Shown: one piece after another, positions 28,839 to 38,310 of the stretch
Layout of the letters: every line of letters begins with the position of its first letter
How positions within the stretch are numbered: the first letter of the stretch is position 1
NCBI GenBank assembly: GCA_002869015.1
Contig: PKTT01000039.1
Location: 11,997 to 75,996, forward strand
Direction: 5' to 3'
DNA: 64,000 nt
Source of the DNA: Deltaproteobacteria bacterium
Lineage (GTDB): Bacteria > Desulfobacterota > Deferrisomatia > Deferrisomatales > BM512
Program-made: the position numbers and the translations under genes
Notes under the pieces: generated by a model
The model's input: only the letters and a program-made list of their open reading frames with translations
What the model was told of the DNA's origin: nothing
Databases searched by the model: none

Positions 28839-29870
28839 ATGAAGTTTCTAAGGCGCAAAGCGGGAGCAGAGCGCTTCCTAATAATTCAGCTTCGACAATT
28901 GGGGGACGTTGTACTTACAACAGCGCTCGCGCGCATCCTCAAAGAGGAGCGGCCGGGATGTTTTGTGGGGTTCCTCACGGAAGAGCCAAGTTATGAGCTC
29001 CTCAAAGGTAGCCCCTACATTGACGAACTTTATCTACACCGCCGCAAAGACTCTTTCTTCAACGAAGCCAAGTTAATTTTTAAGCTGAGGAAGCGTCGCT
29101 TCAACGCGGTATTCGACACAATGAGCAACCCTACCTCCGCGATAATCACCTATCTTACAGGAGCGCCACGCCGCATAGGCTATGATACAACCATCAGGAG
29201 ATCGGCTTACACCGATGCGGTGCCGAGAAGCGATGGCTACGTGGTCGATGTAAAGCGAACCCTTCTTGAACGCTACGGCATAAAAAGCGAGTGGAACCGC
29301 CCAGAGCTCTTCCTCTCGGAGGAGGAAAAGAGCTGGGCGGAAGAGATCAAAAGAACACTTGCCGCTAATGCGGGCACCACCCGCCTCTTCACCATAGACG
29401 CCACACACAAGCACCGATACCGCCGCTGGACCATAGATGGCTATGCAGAGCTTTCAAAGATGCTATCAAGCAGATATGATGCAGCGCCCCTGGCATTGTG
29501 GGGTCCTGGGGAAGAGTGGGTGGTAAAAGAGCTTGCCGAGAAATCCGGCGGCGCCGTTGCTGTAGCGCCGCAGACGACAGTGAGAAAAATGGCCGCGCTC
29601 ATCGAGGCGGCGGACTTCCATATAGGCAACTGCTCCGCGCCAAGGCATATCGCTGTAGCTGTAGGCACCCCAACCTTCATAATACCCGGCACATCGCAGA
29701 TAAGTTGGCTGCACCCCGATGAAGAGCACGATATAGACCCCTTTGCGCCTCCTTGCGCCGAGTGCGGAAATAAGTGCGGAGGGGATGAGCGCAAGTGCAT
29801 GCTGGAGCGCACGGCAGAGGAGATCGCGCCCTACGCCTACAGGTGGGGAGACAAACTATTTGGCAATTAA
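28839..29870 (+). CDS. Glycosyltransferase family 9 (LPS heptosyltransferase-like)
   Basis: LRQLGDVVLTT, WGPGEE, IGNCSAPRHIAVAVGTPT. Confidence 0.87.
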   Translation: MKFLRRKAGAERFLIIQLRQLGDVVLTTALARILKEERPGCFVGFLTEEPSYELLKGSPYIDELYLHRRKDSFFNEAKLIFKLRKRRFNAVFDTMSNPTSAIITYLTGAPRRIGYDTTIRRSAYTDAVPRSDGYVVDVKRTLLERYGIKSEWNRPELFLSEEEKSWAEEIKRTLAANAGTTRLFTIDATHKHRYRRWTIDGYAELSKMLSSRYDAAPLALWGPGEEWVVKELAEKSGGAVAVAPQTTVRKMAALIEAADFHIGNCSAPRHIAVAVGTPTFIIPGTSQISWLHPDEEHDIDPFAPPCAECGNKCGGDERKCMLERTAEEIAPYAYRWGDKLFGN

Positions 29871-29923
29871 AGGAACTGGGAAAACCCCTCTTAAAACCAC
29901 ATCAAAAGTGATATCGTTTATCT

Positions 29924-30502
29924 ATGGATATTAACAGGTGCTCCTGGTGCGGCGACAACCCCCTCTACATCTCCTACCACGATAATGAGTGGGGGGTACC
30001 GCTATACGACGAAAACCGGCTCTTTGAAATGCTCGTCCTAGAGGGCGCTCAGGCTGGACTGAGCTGGGTGACGATACTGGGCAAAAGAGAAAATTACAGG
30101 CGGGCTTTTCACGACTTTGACGCAAAGCGTGTTGCCGAATTTGGCGATAAAGACGTTGAGCGCCTCATGATGGACGAAGGGATAGTACGTAACCGGCGTA
30201 AAATTGAGGCGGCTATAAACAACGCACGGAGGGTTGTAGAGATGGAGCGGGATTTCAGACCGCTATCCTCATACCTCTGGAGCTTCGTTGGGGGAATACC
30301 GATTCAAAATAGCTGGGAGCACCTTGAAGAGATCCCCGCTCAAAACGCCATAAGCGAGTTTATGAGCAGAGACCTTAAAAAGCGCGGCTTCAAATTCGTC
30401 GGCCCCACCATCTGCTACGCCCTCATGCAGTCCATCGGCATGGTAAACGACCACCTCACCTCATGCTACCGCCACCAAGAGGTGAAAAATCTAACTTCTT
30501 AA
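29924..30502 (+). CDS. tag: DNA-3-methyladenine glycosylase I
   Basis: RCSW...YHDNEWG, LEGAQAGLSW, FKFVGPTICYALMQSIGMVNDH..C. Confidence 0.96.
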   Translation: MDINRCSWCGDNPLYISYHDNEWGVPLYDENRLFEMLVLEGAQAGLSWVTILGKRENYRRAFHDFDAKRVAEFGDKDVERLMMDEGIVRNRRKIEAAINNARRVVEMERDFRPLSSYLWSFVGGIPIQNSWEHLEEIPAQNAISEFMSRDLKKRGFKFVGPTICYALMQSIGMVNDHLTSCYRHQEVKNLTS

Positions 30503-30550
30503 AAGTCGGCAGACGCTTGAAAACAAGTCCAGCGCATTCCAAAGCGCTGT

Positions 30551-31906
30551 TTATTTAGCGAGTGTTCCCCTCCTTAGTCTAGCTGTGTACTCAAAGGTTT
30601 TCTTTTCTCCTGGAGCCATGTTTAGGGTGTACTGGATAGTGTCGGCGTCCACTTTTTCATATTTTCCATAGTCACCCGCAGAGGCTACATCCCAGAAGTT
30701 CCACCCAAGATTCCTGCGAACCTCCACTGTGGACCTCTGCCCACGCAGATTCTCCACTTCGACCTTGTAGCTTAGGACATCCATATGGCCTTCGATGTAC
30801 TTCCTACCCGTCTGTTTATAGGTATTCCACTCGTACCCGTCCTTGGCGGAGCTCATCTCGGTAACCTTTACCCTGACGTCGCGGGTTACGCCCAAATTCA
30901 GGTTAACTTCGCCCTCCTTTGGGATGTACTTGGTCTCCCTCGCGCCGACAAATGTGAGCGCTCCATCATCTCCGCTCTCTCGAAACACCATCACAGCACC
31001 GCCGGGGATTGGCTCTCCGCCTAGTTTGTGTGCGGTGTCGTTGGCAAAGGAGATGAAGCGTATCACGCCCTCGCCATAACGCTCCGGCTCATATCGGTAG
31101 AGGCTCTCCACAGGTACGCTTTCAGCTGAGAAGGACGTAAGGCGTTTGCCCCAACCGTCATTGATCTCCTCGGTACCCTCAATGGTGTAGAGAAAATATT
31201 CACTGAGCCCCTCTTTGACAATCTCCTTGGGAGCCGCCCTGCCCATCATCATCTTTGCTACGGCACGGGGCGCGGCAACTTCATCGTTCTCCATCTCGTA
31301 TTGAATTTGAGGCATGGGGCGGCTTCCGATTGGCCGTCCATAGGGAGCGTCGCCCCTACGCGCAAGCTCCGCCACGCGGTCAAGAAGGTTTATCTTGCCC
31401 ACGATAAGGCGCGTCTCGGCGTTCGGGTAGTCCTCTCCGCTGCTGTTATTCACGAGGACGTAACCCTCAAGCTCCATGCTGGCTTCATCCTGGGAGAGGG
31501 TCGCCATGTAAAAGGCGCGCCAGCTGATGCCGCTTGTGAAATAGCTTATCTCCACGGGAACCGGCCCTGCGGCGCTGGCGGCTACATTCCAGACTCCTAC
31601 TCCCCCCACCCTCGCTGGATAGAGGAGGTCATTTACCAATATATCCCTGTCAAGCGCGCGGGGCAGAAGCTCCAGAGACGTTGGGTCAATGAGGGTCCCT
31701 GCCCAGCTGAACTGGAGTCTGTTCTCGCCTTCTCGCATGGTGAGCTTTCTCATATCTCTCGCCAGAGTGAGGTCGGCGGAGTTATAGATGGTTAGCTGGA
31801 CACGCTCCTGCTCTGGGAGGGTTACGAGGTCAACCTTTGCCAACGCAGCGGTGGGGAGGAGCAGAGAGATGACGAGGGCGACCTTGATTATGCTCTTTGT
31901 TTTCAT
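30551..31906 (-). CDS. Exported DUF4139-like protein
   Basis: Signal peptide, LTIYNSADLTLARD.R, SYFTSGISW.A.Y, NSSGEDY. Confidence 0.75.
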   Translation of the reverse strand: MKTKSIIKVALVISLLLPTAALAKVDLVTLPEQERVQLTIYNSADLTLARDMRKLTMREGENRLQFSWAGTLIDPTSLELLPRALDRDILVNDLLYPARVGGVGVWNVAASAAGPVPVEISYFTSGISWRAFYMATLSQDEASMELEGYVLVNNSSGEDYPNAETRLIVGKINLLDRVAELARRGDAPYGRPIGSRPMPQIQYEMENDEVAAPRAVAKMMMGRAAPKEIVKEGLSEYFLYTIEGTEEINDGWGKRLTSFSAESVPVESLYRYEPERYGEGVIRFISFANDTAHKLGGEPIPGGAVMVFRESGDDGALTFVGARETKYIPKEGEVNLNLGVTRDVRVKVTEMSSAKDGYEWNTYKQTGRKYIEGHMDVLSYKVEVENLRGQRSTVEVRRNLGWNFWDVASAGDYGKYEKVDADTIQYTLNMAPGEKKTFEYTARLRRGTLAK

Positions 31907-31916
31907 CGTCTCTCTC

Positions 31917-33047
31917 CTATCGGTTCCATATATCGCGGGTCAGGTTGCTATAAGCCAGCTCCCGCTTCTCACCGGGACCGAGGGCTACATATAATACAAG
32001 CTCGCTCGAACTTTTTCTCTCCCACTTGACGTTCGCCTCAGTAACCTCCCAATCTCCGCTGGGGTGCTCGACAATCTCCAGCGCAACCGGGGTGTCCTTG
32101 AAGTTCTCCACTCTAAAGGTAAAACGCTCAACCCTGTCACGCAGCACCGGGTCTTTGCGGCTGGGGCGATGGTTTAGCTCCTCATAGCCGATGCGTTTTT
32201 TTGTTACTTTGACATCGCGGCTAAAGCCTATCTTAACCCTCATCTTCGCCCCCGGCGGCGTGAAGTCAACGTTATCCTCTCCGAGGAAAATTGTCGCATC
32301 GTAGCCATCATCCTGGAAGATGCGCATCTTCCCCTCCCATAGGCTTCCCTGCCCCAGACCGGCGTCCGGTGTATTTATGAACTCGTAATAGACGGGGATC
32401 GAGACGTCGGACTCCTCCCGCTCCGGCTCCCACGGGAGATTATTTGAGTCCCAGAGGAGGGTTTTGGCCATTGGCACATCATTGGCACGAAAGAGCACCG
32501 CACGGCGGGTTTCGCCGCTAATTGAGGGGGTAGTCATGAGCGCGCCGCCATCCAGCGAGATCAGCGCCCCATCGAAATCCTCCCCGGAGAAGTTACGGAG
32601 CACCCCGAGCCCTGTTATGTCTAGCGTCGTCTCGGCCTTGTCAGCAACTGCCCTGTAGGCCACTAGACGGTCGATGTCGCGGAGAAGATAGCTAATCCTT
32701 ACCCTCTCCTCCAAGGGCGCTGCGGCGTTTATCCTCCAGATGAGGGCCGCCTCACCAGGCGGGTAGGAGACAGAGAGCAGGGTAACCGCTTCAGGATGGG
32801 AGAGCACCTTAAACCTTATGGAGTCGGGGTTTACGCTAACCCCACGCCAGGAAAAATCAACCAGATTCTCCCCGGCTTGAAGGGTCAGCACCCGCTCCTC
32901 CTCTATGAGGGTGGCGTCGGGGTTATCGAGGCGAATGGTAACTGATTCACGCTCGGGCAAAGCGGTTAGCTTGGTACGGGCCGATGCGCCGGAGGTTAAC
33001 GCCAGCACCATGAGGGCGGCTAAAAAGGATGGCAAAAGCTTCTTCAT
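31917..33047 (-). CDS. Exported DUF4139-like protein (paralogue of downstream gene)
   Basis: Signal peptide, LIEEER.LTLQAGEN.V.FSW.G..I/NP.S, NFSGEDF; similar to 30551..31906. Confidence 0.72.
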   Translation of the reverse strand: MKKLLPSFLAALMVLALTSGASARTKLTALPERESVTIRLDNPDATLIEEERVLTLQAGENLVDFSWRGVSVNPDSIRFKVLSHPEAVTLLSVSYPPGEAALIWRINAAAPLEERVRISYLLRDIDRLVAYRAVADKAETTLDITGLGVLRNFSGEDFDGALISLDGGALMTTPSISGETRRAVLFRANDVPMAKTLLWDSNNLPWEPEREESDVSIPVYYEFINTPDAGLGQGSLWEGKMRIFQDDGYDATIFLGEDNVDFTPPGAKMRVKIGFSRDVKVTKKRIGYEELNHRPSRKDPVLRDRVERFTFRVENFKDTPVALEIVEHPSGDWEVTEANVKWERKSSSELVLYVALGPGEKRELAYSNLTRDIWNR

Positions 33048-33359
33048 CTCGGCTCCTCCGGTTAGGATTTATTTCACCAACTATATCACCTAATAGTCTT
33101 TTGGTAACAGCTAAGGGAGGACAGATGAGTTTGAGACGATGAAGTGGGCAATTAAGTATTAACTTTCACTGCCTCCCTCTTCTTCTTTCAATCTATTCAT
33201 ATGGTTTAAAAAGAGTGTTGCACAAATATTATAGACTATAAAAATGCATGCTGTATGGAAGATATAGAGTCGCGCCTGTACCAATTTCCACTGAGTTTGG
33301 GTATATTTGCCAAGCGGTTTTACGTAGCGGGTTTCTACTCGCTTCCCTGCCGCTATAAG

Positions 33360-33376
33360 CAGGCACACCTCTTGCT
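33360..33376 (+). promoter_or_regulatory. sigma54 promoter of the AAA/FmdE operon
   Basis: CAGGCACACCTCTTGCT: GG(33362-3)-N10-GC(33374-5), matches (T)GGCAC-N5-TTGC, ~55 nt before ATG 33430. Confidence 0.7.
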
Positions 33377-33429
33377 TTATCCTAGAGGACTCAACTCAAC
33401 TAACACGGAACCCCAACTGAGGAACCGAT

Positions 33430-34311
33430 ATGCACCGTAAGCTAGATAAGATTTTCTACGAGGTAAAAAAACCAACCCTTACCTGGGATGATATAGGCGG
33501 CTTTGCCGAGGTGAAGCAGCTGGTAAAGGAGATGGTCTCCCTGCCACTGATGAAGCCTGAGCTGATGAAAAAGGTGGGCCTTCAGCGCCCCGCCGGGGTC
33601 ATGCTCTGGGGGCCGCTTGGTGTCGGAATAACGATGCTCGCGGAGGCCGCCGCAACCGAGGCGGGTGTCTCCTTTGTCTACGTTTCCGGCCAGGAGATGC
33701 TAGGAAAGCCGGAGCAGGTTAAGGAGGCTTTCCACGACGCCGTGCATGAAGCCCCCTGTGTACTCTTCATCTCCGATACTGAGTGGCTATGCCCACGCGC
33801 CGGCTGCTCCTACGAGTGGGGGCCGGGAAACCTCCGCGGAATCCCGCCGACCTTCGCCGACAAGGAACTCTCGGAGCTCTTTATCCGCGAGATTGACAAG
33901 ATTCAGGAGAATGAAAACGTTATGCTCGTAGGCTCCTGCTACCGCATCGACACCGTGGATCAGGCGATAATCAAGGAAAAACGACGCTTCAACCGCAAGA
34001 TTTTCGTTCACCCCCCCCGCGCAATCGATCGAGAGGGGATGATTAAGATATACCTCGACAAGATGCCCTCGGTGGACCCGCGTGTGACCGCTGAGGAGCT
34101 CTCTCACAAGACAGAGGGCTATGTGGGATGGGACGCCGAATCGCTCTGCAAACGAGCGGCGCTTGAGGCGGTTATGGCGGACCGGGACGTGGTAACTCTG
34201 GAAGATTTCGAGAAGGCGCTGACCCAGGTTGAGCCATGGCTGACACCTGACATGACCGAGGTCTACCTGGAGATTGACAAGAATGACTGCCCCCACCATT
34301 ACGCTTTCTAA
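33430..34311 (+). CDS. Single-domain Cdc48/PAN-like AAA protein with degenerate Walker motifs
   Basis: TWDDIGG..EVK..VKEMV.LPL..PE, GVMLWGPLGVGIT, PCVLFISDTE, RRFNRKIFV.PP, TEGYVG.D..LC..AA. Confidence 0.85.
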   Translation: MHRKLDKIFYEVKKPTLTWDDIGGFAEVKQLVKEMVSLPLMKPELMKKVGLQRPAGVMLWGPLGVGITMLAEAAATEAGVSFVYVSGQEMLGKPEQVKEAFHDAVHEAPCVLFISDTEWLCPRAGCSYEWGPGNLRGIPPTFADKELSELFIREIDKIQENENVMLVGSCYRIDTVDQAIIKEKRRFNRKIFVHPPRAIDREGMIKIYLDKMPSVDPRVTAEELSHKTEGYVGWDAESLCKRAALEAVMADRDVVTLEDFEKALTQVEPWLTPDMTEVYLEIDKNDCPHHYAF

Positions 34312-34741
34312 AGAGGAGCGCAGGACGTTCTTCGACGCCCTAAAGATGCTCCACGGGCACCGCTGCCCCATGTCTATCCTTGGGGCACGCCTTGGGCTGG
34401 CGGCGCGCGCCCACGTCGGACGGCATGGCGAGAGCGGCGACGTTACCGCCCTCTACCACCACCAGACCTGCGCTATAGATGGCATCCAGCTGGCCCTGGG
34501 CACCACCGGGGGCAATAAAAATATCGAGGCGCGCCCCGAGGGTGAGCACCGCCTCACGGCGACCAACAAGACCAAGCGTATGTACATAACGGTTAGGCTC
34601 TCCGAAGAGGCCCTGAGGCGCGGCAAGGAGTACGCTGAGCTTAGGAGCGCTGGCGGCGATCCTGTGAAGATGGAGGAGATACTCCTAGGCCTTGAGGAAG
34701 CTCCGGAGGAGGAGCTTGTCGAGGTGTTGGAGCGCATCTGA
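34283..34741 (+). CDS. FmdE family protein
   Basis: HGHRCPMSILGARLG, TCAIDGIQ...T.G..N; overlaps upstream stop (TTG 34274 alternative start). Confidence 0.85.
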   Translation: MTAPTITLSKEERRTFFDALKMLHGHRCPMSILGARLGLAARAHVGRHGESGDVTALYHHQTCAIDGIQLALGTTGGNKNIEARPEGEHRLTATNKTKRMYITVRLSEEALRRGKEYAELRSAGGDPVKMEEILLGLEEAPEEELVEVLERI

Positions 34742-35691
34742 TGGAGATCGCAAAGGAGTTTTTACATATAGTCCTCACTGAAGCGGGGAAGATGTGGTGG
34801 TTCACCCTCATCGGCGTCACCGTGGCGGCGCTCATAAAAACTTACCAGCTGGATAAAAACGTAAGAAAATACGTAGGCCGCTTTGGCGTCCTCTCAATCC
34901 TGGTTGCTACCGCTATTGGGGCATTCTCCCCGCTTTGCTCATGCGGAATCCTGCCAATAATAATTCCAATGGCGCTCTCCGGCGTGCCACTACCACCGCT
35001 TATGGCGCTCCTGACGACCTCACCGGTGATGGATCCCAGCTCATTTTTCCTTACCATGGGAGGTGTAGGCGAGGAGCTCGCCTGGTGGAAGTTCGGTGGT
35101 GCGATTTTTCTGGGGCTCTCCTCTGGGTTCGTTACTCTTTTTCTTGTGCGCACAGGTTATTTTTCTGGAAACATTGTGCGAATGAAGCCGGTACATACTG
35201 ATGAGGGCGAGTTGGCCTCCGCCTATGAGATTGGGTGCGCCAACAACCTCATTTTAAAGACGATGACAGTCAAGCCTCGTGAATCGAAGCTCTTATTTTT
35301 TATAGATCGATTCCTCGATGTAGGGCTTTTCGTAGGAATGTGGGTTGCGATAGCCATAGTTTTGGAGGCGGTGATCCAGCTCTTCGTTCCCATTAACTGG
35401 GTCACTTGGCTTGTCGGCAAGGAGGGGATGACCTCCGTTGTTGCGGCGGCGCTGGTCGCGCTTCCGCTGCCTGCGCACCAGGTCCCGGTGGTGCCTATTC
35501 TCGCCGGGCTACAAGCAAAGGGGATATCCGTTGGCGCGGATATTGCTTTTTTAATGGCCGGACCGGTAACTTCAATTCCGGCGATTGGAGCACTTTCGGC
35601 GATCTTCTTGCCGCGAGTGGTGGTATCATTCATAATTACAGGGCTTGCGGGTTCCATCATCCTCGGCGCATTGAGAATGGGCTTTGGATGA
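34741..35691 (+). CDS. DUF318/ArsP-type permease
   Basis: SPLCSCGILP...MALLTTSPVMDP, AFLMAGPVTSIP; multiple TM helices; TGATG coupling. Confidence 0.85.
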   Translation: MEIAKEFLHIVLTEAGKMWWFTLIGVTVAALIKTYQLDKNVRKYVGRFGVLSILVATAIGAFSPLCSCGILPIIIPMALSGVPLPPLMALLTTSPVMDPSSFFLTMGGVGEELAWWKFGGAIFLGLSSGFVTLFLVRTGYFSGNIVRMKPVHTDEGELASAYEIGCANNLILKTMTVKPRESKLLFFIDRFLDVGLFVGMWVAIAIVLEAVIQLFVPINWVTWLVGKEGMTSVVAAALVALPLPAHQVPVVPILAGLQAKGISVGADIAFLMAGPVTSIPAIGALSAIFLPRVVVSFIITGLAGSIILGALRMGFG

Positions 35692-35759
35692 CGAACCTTG
35701 CGTCACTTATTTGATTTAATGACGAATTACCGACGGAACACCATACAAAGGAGTCGGCA

Positions 35760-37223
35760 ATGAAACGTTTAACCATCTCCCTAATAGCGGCCGCGCTAGC
35801 GGCAGGCCCCGCCTTCGCGGGCGCTCCACTCTTCACCGATATAACCTCCAAAGCCGGGGTTGGTGATGCGGGCAACGGCAAGGGCGTGGCGTTCGCCGAC
35901 ATCGACAACGATGGCGACTGGGACCTTTACGTGTCAAACAAAGGCGGCGCCAACAAGCTCCTTCGCAACGACGGCAAAGGCGTCTTCACTGACATAACCG
36001 CTGAAGCGGGTGAGGGAGTAGGTGACGCTGGCTTTGTCATGGGCTCCGTTTTCTTCGACTTTGACAACGACGGCTGGACCGACCTCTACCTCCCCAAAGG
36101 CGGCAGGTATGAGATTGAAGCAAACCGCCTCCTCAAAAACGTTGGCGGCACCTTTGTCGACGTAACGGATAAGGCGGGCGTAGGCTCCAAGGAGTTCACC
36201 TACGCAGCGGCTTCAGCCGATTTCGACAATGACGGCTTCCTCGACCTCTACCTCGCAAATTACGGAGTCGGCGCGAAGAACATTCTTTACAGAAACAACG
36301 GCGACGGCACCTTCACCGACGTGACGGATAAAGCGGGCGTAGGCGACCGCTCATGGTCATGGATGGCCGTATGGGCTGATGTAAACGGCGACAACAAGCA
36401 GGACCTTTACGTTGTCAATGGCCGCTACCCGGCCGGTGAACCAAACACCCTCTATATCAATAACGGCGACGGCACCTTTAGCGACGCCTCCCGCACCTCC
36501 GGCATCGCCGACAACGGCTGGGGTCTTGGCGCAGCCTTTGCCGACACCGATAAGGACGGAGACCTTGACCTCTTTATCTCCAACTATGTCGGCCCCAACG
36601 GCTACTTCATAAATGACGGCACCGGCGTCTTCACCCCCGCTGGTGAGAGCGCAGGCCTTGCCGATACAGGCTGGGGCAAAGGCCCCACCTTCGGCGACTT
36701 CGATAACGACGGCGACCTGGACCTCTACGAGGGCGACTGCAAGGTAGCCAATCAGCTATACAGAAACAACGGCGACGGTACCTATACCGACATAGCTCAA
36801 GATAGCCCCTCGACCCGTTGCGCAGCCGTGCGCACCAAGGGCACAGCTTTTGTAGACATCGACGGTGATGGCGACCTCGACCTATACGCCGTCAACTGGG
36901 CCGCCGAGAACAAGCTCTTCTTAAACTCGACAAACAATGGCAACTGGCTGAAGGTTCGCCTCACCGGCACCCTCTCCAACGCAATGGGGGTCGGCTCGCG
37001 CGTATGGGTACGCTCCGGCTCCAAGGTTGAGGGCGTTGCCGAGATGGCGACCTCTTCAGGGTTCTGCGCCCAGCCTCCCCAGGAGCTACATTTCGGCGTA
37101 GATGCATCTAAGACTTACACCGTTGAAGTGCGTTTCCCCAGCGGACAGGTTAAGGTAATTGAGAACGTTACACCCGGACAGGTCCTCACAGTTGAAGAGC
37201 CCGGCAAAGTGGCCCTCCGCTAA
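35760..37223 (+). CDS. Secreted FG-GAP/VCBS-repeat protein with ASPIC/UnbV C-terminal domain (CRTAC1 family)
   Basis: Seven D.DNDG..DLY repeats, N.GDGTFTDVT.KAGV, C-terminal GFCAQ...LHFG....VEVRFPSG. Confidence 0.9.
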   Translation: MKRLTISLIAAALAAGPAFAGAPLFTDITSKAGVGDAGNGKGVAFADIDNDGDWDLYVSNKGGANKLLRNDGKGVFTDITAEAGEGVGDAGFVMGSVFFDFDNDGWTDLYLPKGGRYEIEANRLLKNVGGTFVDVTDKAGVGSKEFTYAAASADFDNDGFLDLYLANYGVGAKNILYRNNGDGTFTDVTDKAGVGDRSWSWMAVWADVNGDNKQDLYVVNGRYPAGEPNTLYINNGDGTFSDASRTSGIADNGWGLGAAFADTDKDGDLDLFISNYVGPNGYFINDGTGVFTPAGESAGLADTGWGKGPTFGDFDNDGDLDLYEGDCKVANQLYRNNGDGTYTDIAQDSPSTRCAAVRTKGTAFVDIDGDGDLDLYAVNWAAENKLFLNSTNNGNWLKVRLTGTLSNAMGVGSRVWVRSGSKVEGVAEMATSSGFCAQPPQELHFGVDASKTYTVEVRFPSGQVKVIENVTPGQVLTVEEPGKVALR

Positions 37224-38310
37224 TAGACGGCATCAACCGACAAAAGGGAGGCTGCCAGGCAGCCTCTTTTTTTGTATAACCATCCTCCTCTTTTTAGGTG
37301 GATGCGCCTCGGTTGGGCCTACAGATGATTTTAGCGAGTTGGTAACCATTGAGGGGCTGGTCTCCCTTGAGGGCAAGGGGTATAAGGGGGCAAATGTTTC
37401 TTTATATCCTTTAGCTGAATTTACAAAGCCAGGTGAACCTGCTCATTTAACCCAAACAGAGAGCAAAGAGAGTGGCGTTTTTTTGCTCAAGGCCCCTGCG
37501 GGGGATTACCTGATAACCGCCCGGAGCCACTCCGGCGACCTCTTTGCGTTTTTCGGCAGGAATCCTTTAAGGGCGGGTGCCCACCAGCGTGGACTCACCC
37601 TGCCGCTCGTTCCGGCACACCCCCCCATATTTTTGAAAAATGAAACCGACACATCGATTATAACGGGGCGGGTCCTCCATCAAGGCAACCCCGTAGCCGG
37701 AGCTAAGGTTGCGTTATATCTATCTGCAGAGGCAGGCTTTAGGGGCCAGCCTTACGATTTCTCTGCGCCCACAGATAAAGATGGCAAATTCTCCATGATA
37801 ATTGACCCTGGCAGTTACTTCGCCACTGTAAAGATGCGCGCTTCCGGTAGGGATATCGGTCCGCTTAAACCCGGCGACCTCTTCGGCATCGCTCCGGGGC
37901 TACGCATGACAATTGAACGAGGGGTGACTGTAAATGCCGATATTGAGTTACTGGCGCTGCCCTCCCGAGAAAAACAGGCGCGCTTTCTGACAAAATTCGC
38001 TACGGTTGAGGGAACTGTAACGGATGCTACCGGGGCGCCCCAGGCTGGCATGCGCGCGGCGCTTTACGAAAACAAGAACATGCTTGGAGAGCCCCTACTC
38101 CTATCTGAACCGACAGGGCCCGATGGCAAATTCAACATATCCACCAGCCTAACCGGAAAGCTTTACCTCGGCGTGAGAGAGTTCATAGGCGGCCCTCCCT
38201 CCTCTGGGGAGCGTGTCGGCTTTGCCGATGGGCCTGACAATGGCCGCTTTAACCTGACGCCAGGCGTAAATGTCGAAGGGGTTAAAATAATAGCGAGGCT
38301 AACTCCATGA
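37192..38310 (+). CDS. Lipoprotein with three carboxypeptidase-regulatory-like (CnaB/SdrD-type) domains; start uncertain
   Basis: LGGC lipobox; repeated I.G.V...G.P.AGA.V.LY...PT..DGKF units; in-frame TTG at 37159 or 37192. Confidence 0.7.
   Translation: MKSPAKWPSANRRHQPTKGRLPGSLFFCITILLFLGGCASVGPTDDFSELVTIEGLVSLEGKGYKGANVSLYPLAEFTKPGEPAHLTQTESKESGVFLLKAPAGDYLITARSHSGDLFAFFGRNPLRAGAHQRGLTLPLVPAHPPIFLKNETDTSIITGRVLHQGNPVAGAKVALYLSAEAGFRGQPYDFSAPTDKDGKFSMIIDPGSYFATVKMRASGRDIGPLKPGDLFGIAPGLRMTIERGVTVNADIELLALPSREKQARFLTKFATVEGTVTDATGAPQAGMRAALYENKNMLGEPLLLSEPTGPDGKFNISTSLTGKLYLGVREFIGGPPSSGERVGFADGPDNGRFNLTPGVNVEGVKIIARLTP
37242..37273 (+). terminator. Terminator-like hairpin after the CRTAC1 gene, inside the next gene's signal-peptide region
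   Basis: GAGGCTGC-CAG-GCAGCCTC followed by T7. Confidence 0.65.

Noticed and set aside
33159-33440. Short ORFs 33255..33440(+) and 33159..33368(-)
   Set aside because: They overlap the AT-rich divergent promoter region containing the sigma54 site and have no protein-like features.
34290-34311. Possible proteasome-docking HbYX motif at the AAA C-terminus (HHYAF)
   Set aside because: Tyr is third from last, not penultimate, and no proteasome genes are in the window.
35860-36900. Recurring DNA repeats (AACAACGGCGACGGCACC, GACGGCGACCT..ACCT.TAC)
   Set aside because: They are in-frame FG-GAP protein repeats, degenerate at wobble positions, not a CRISPR array.
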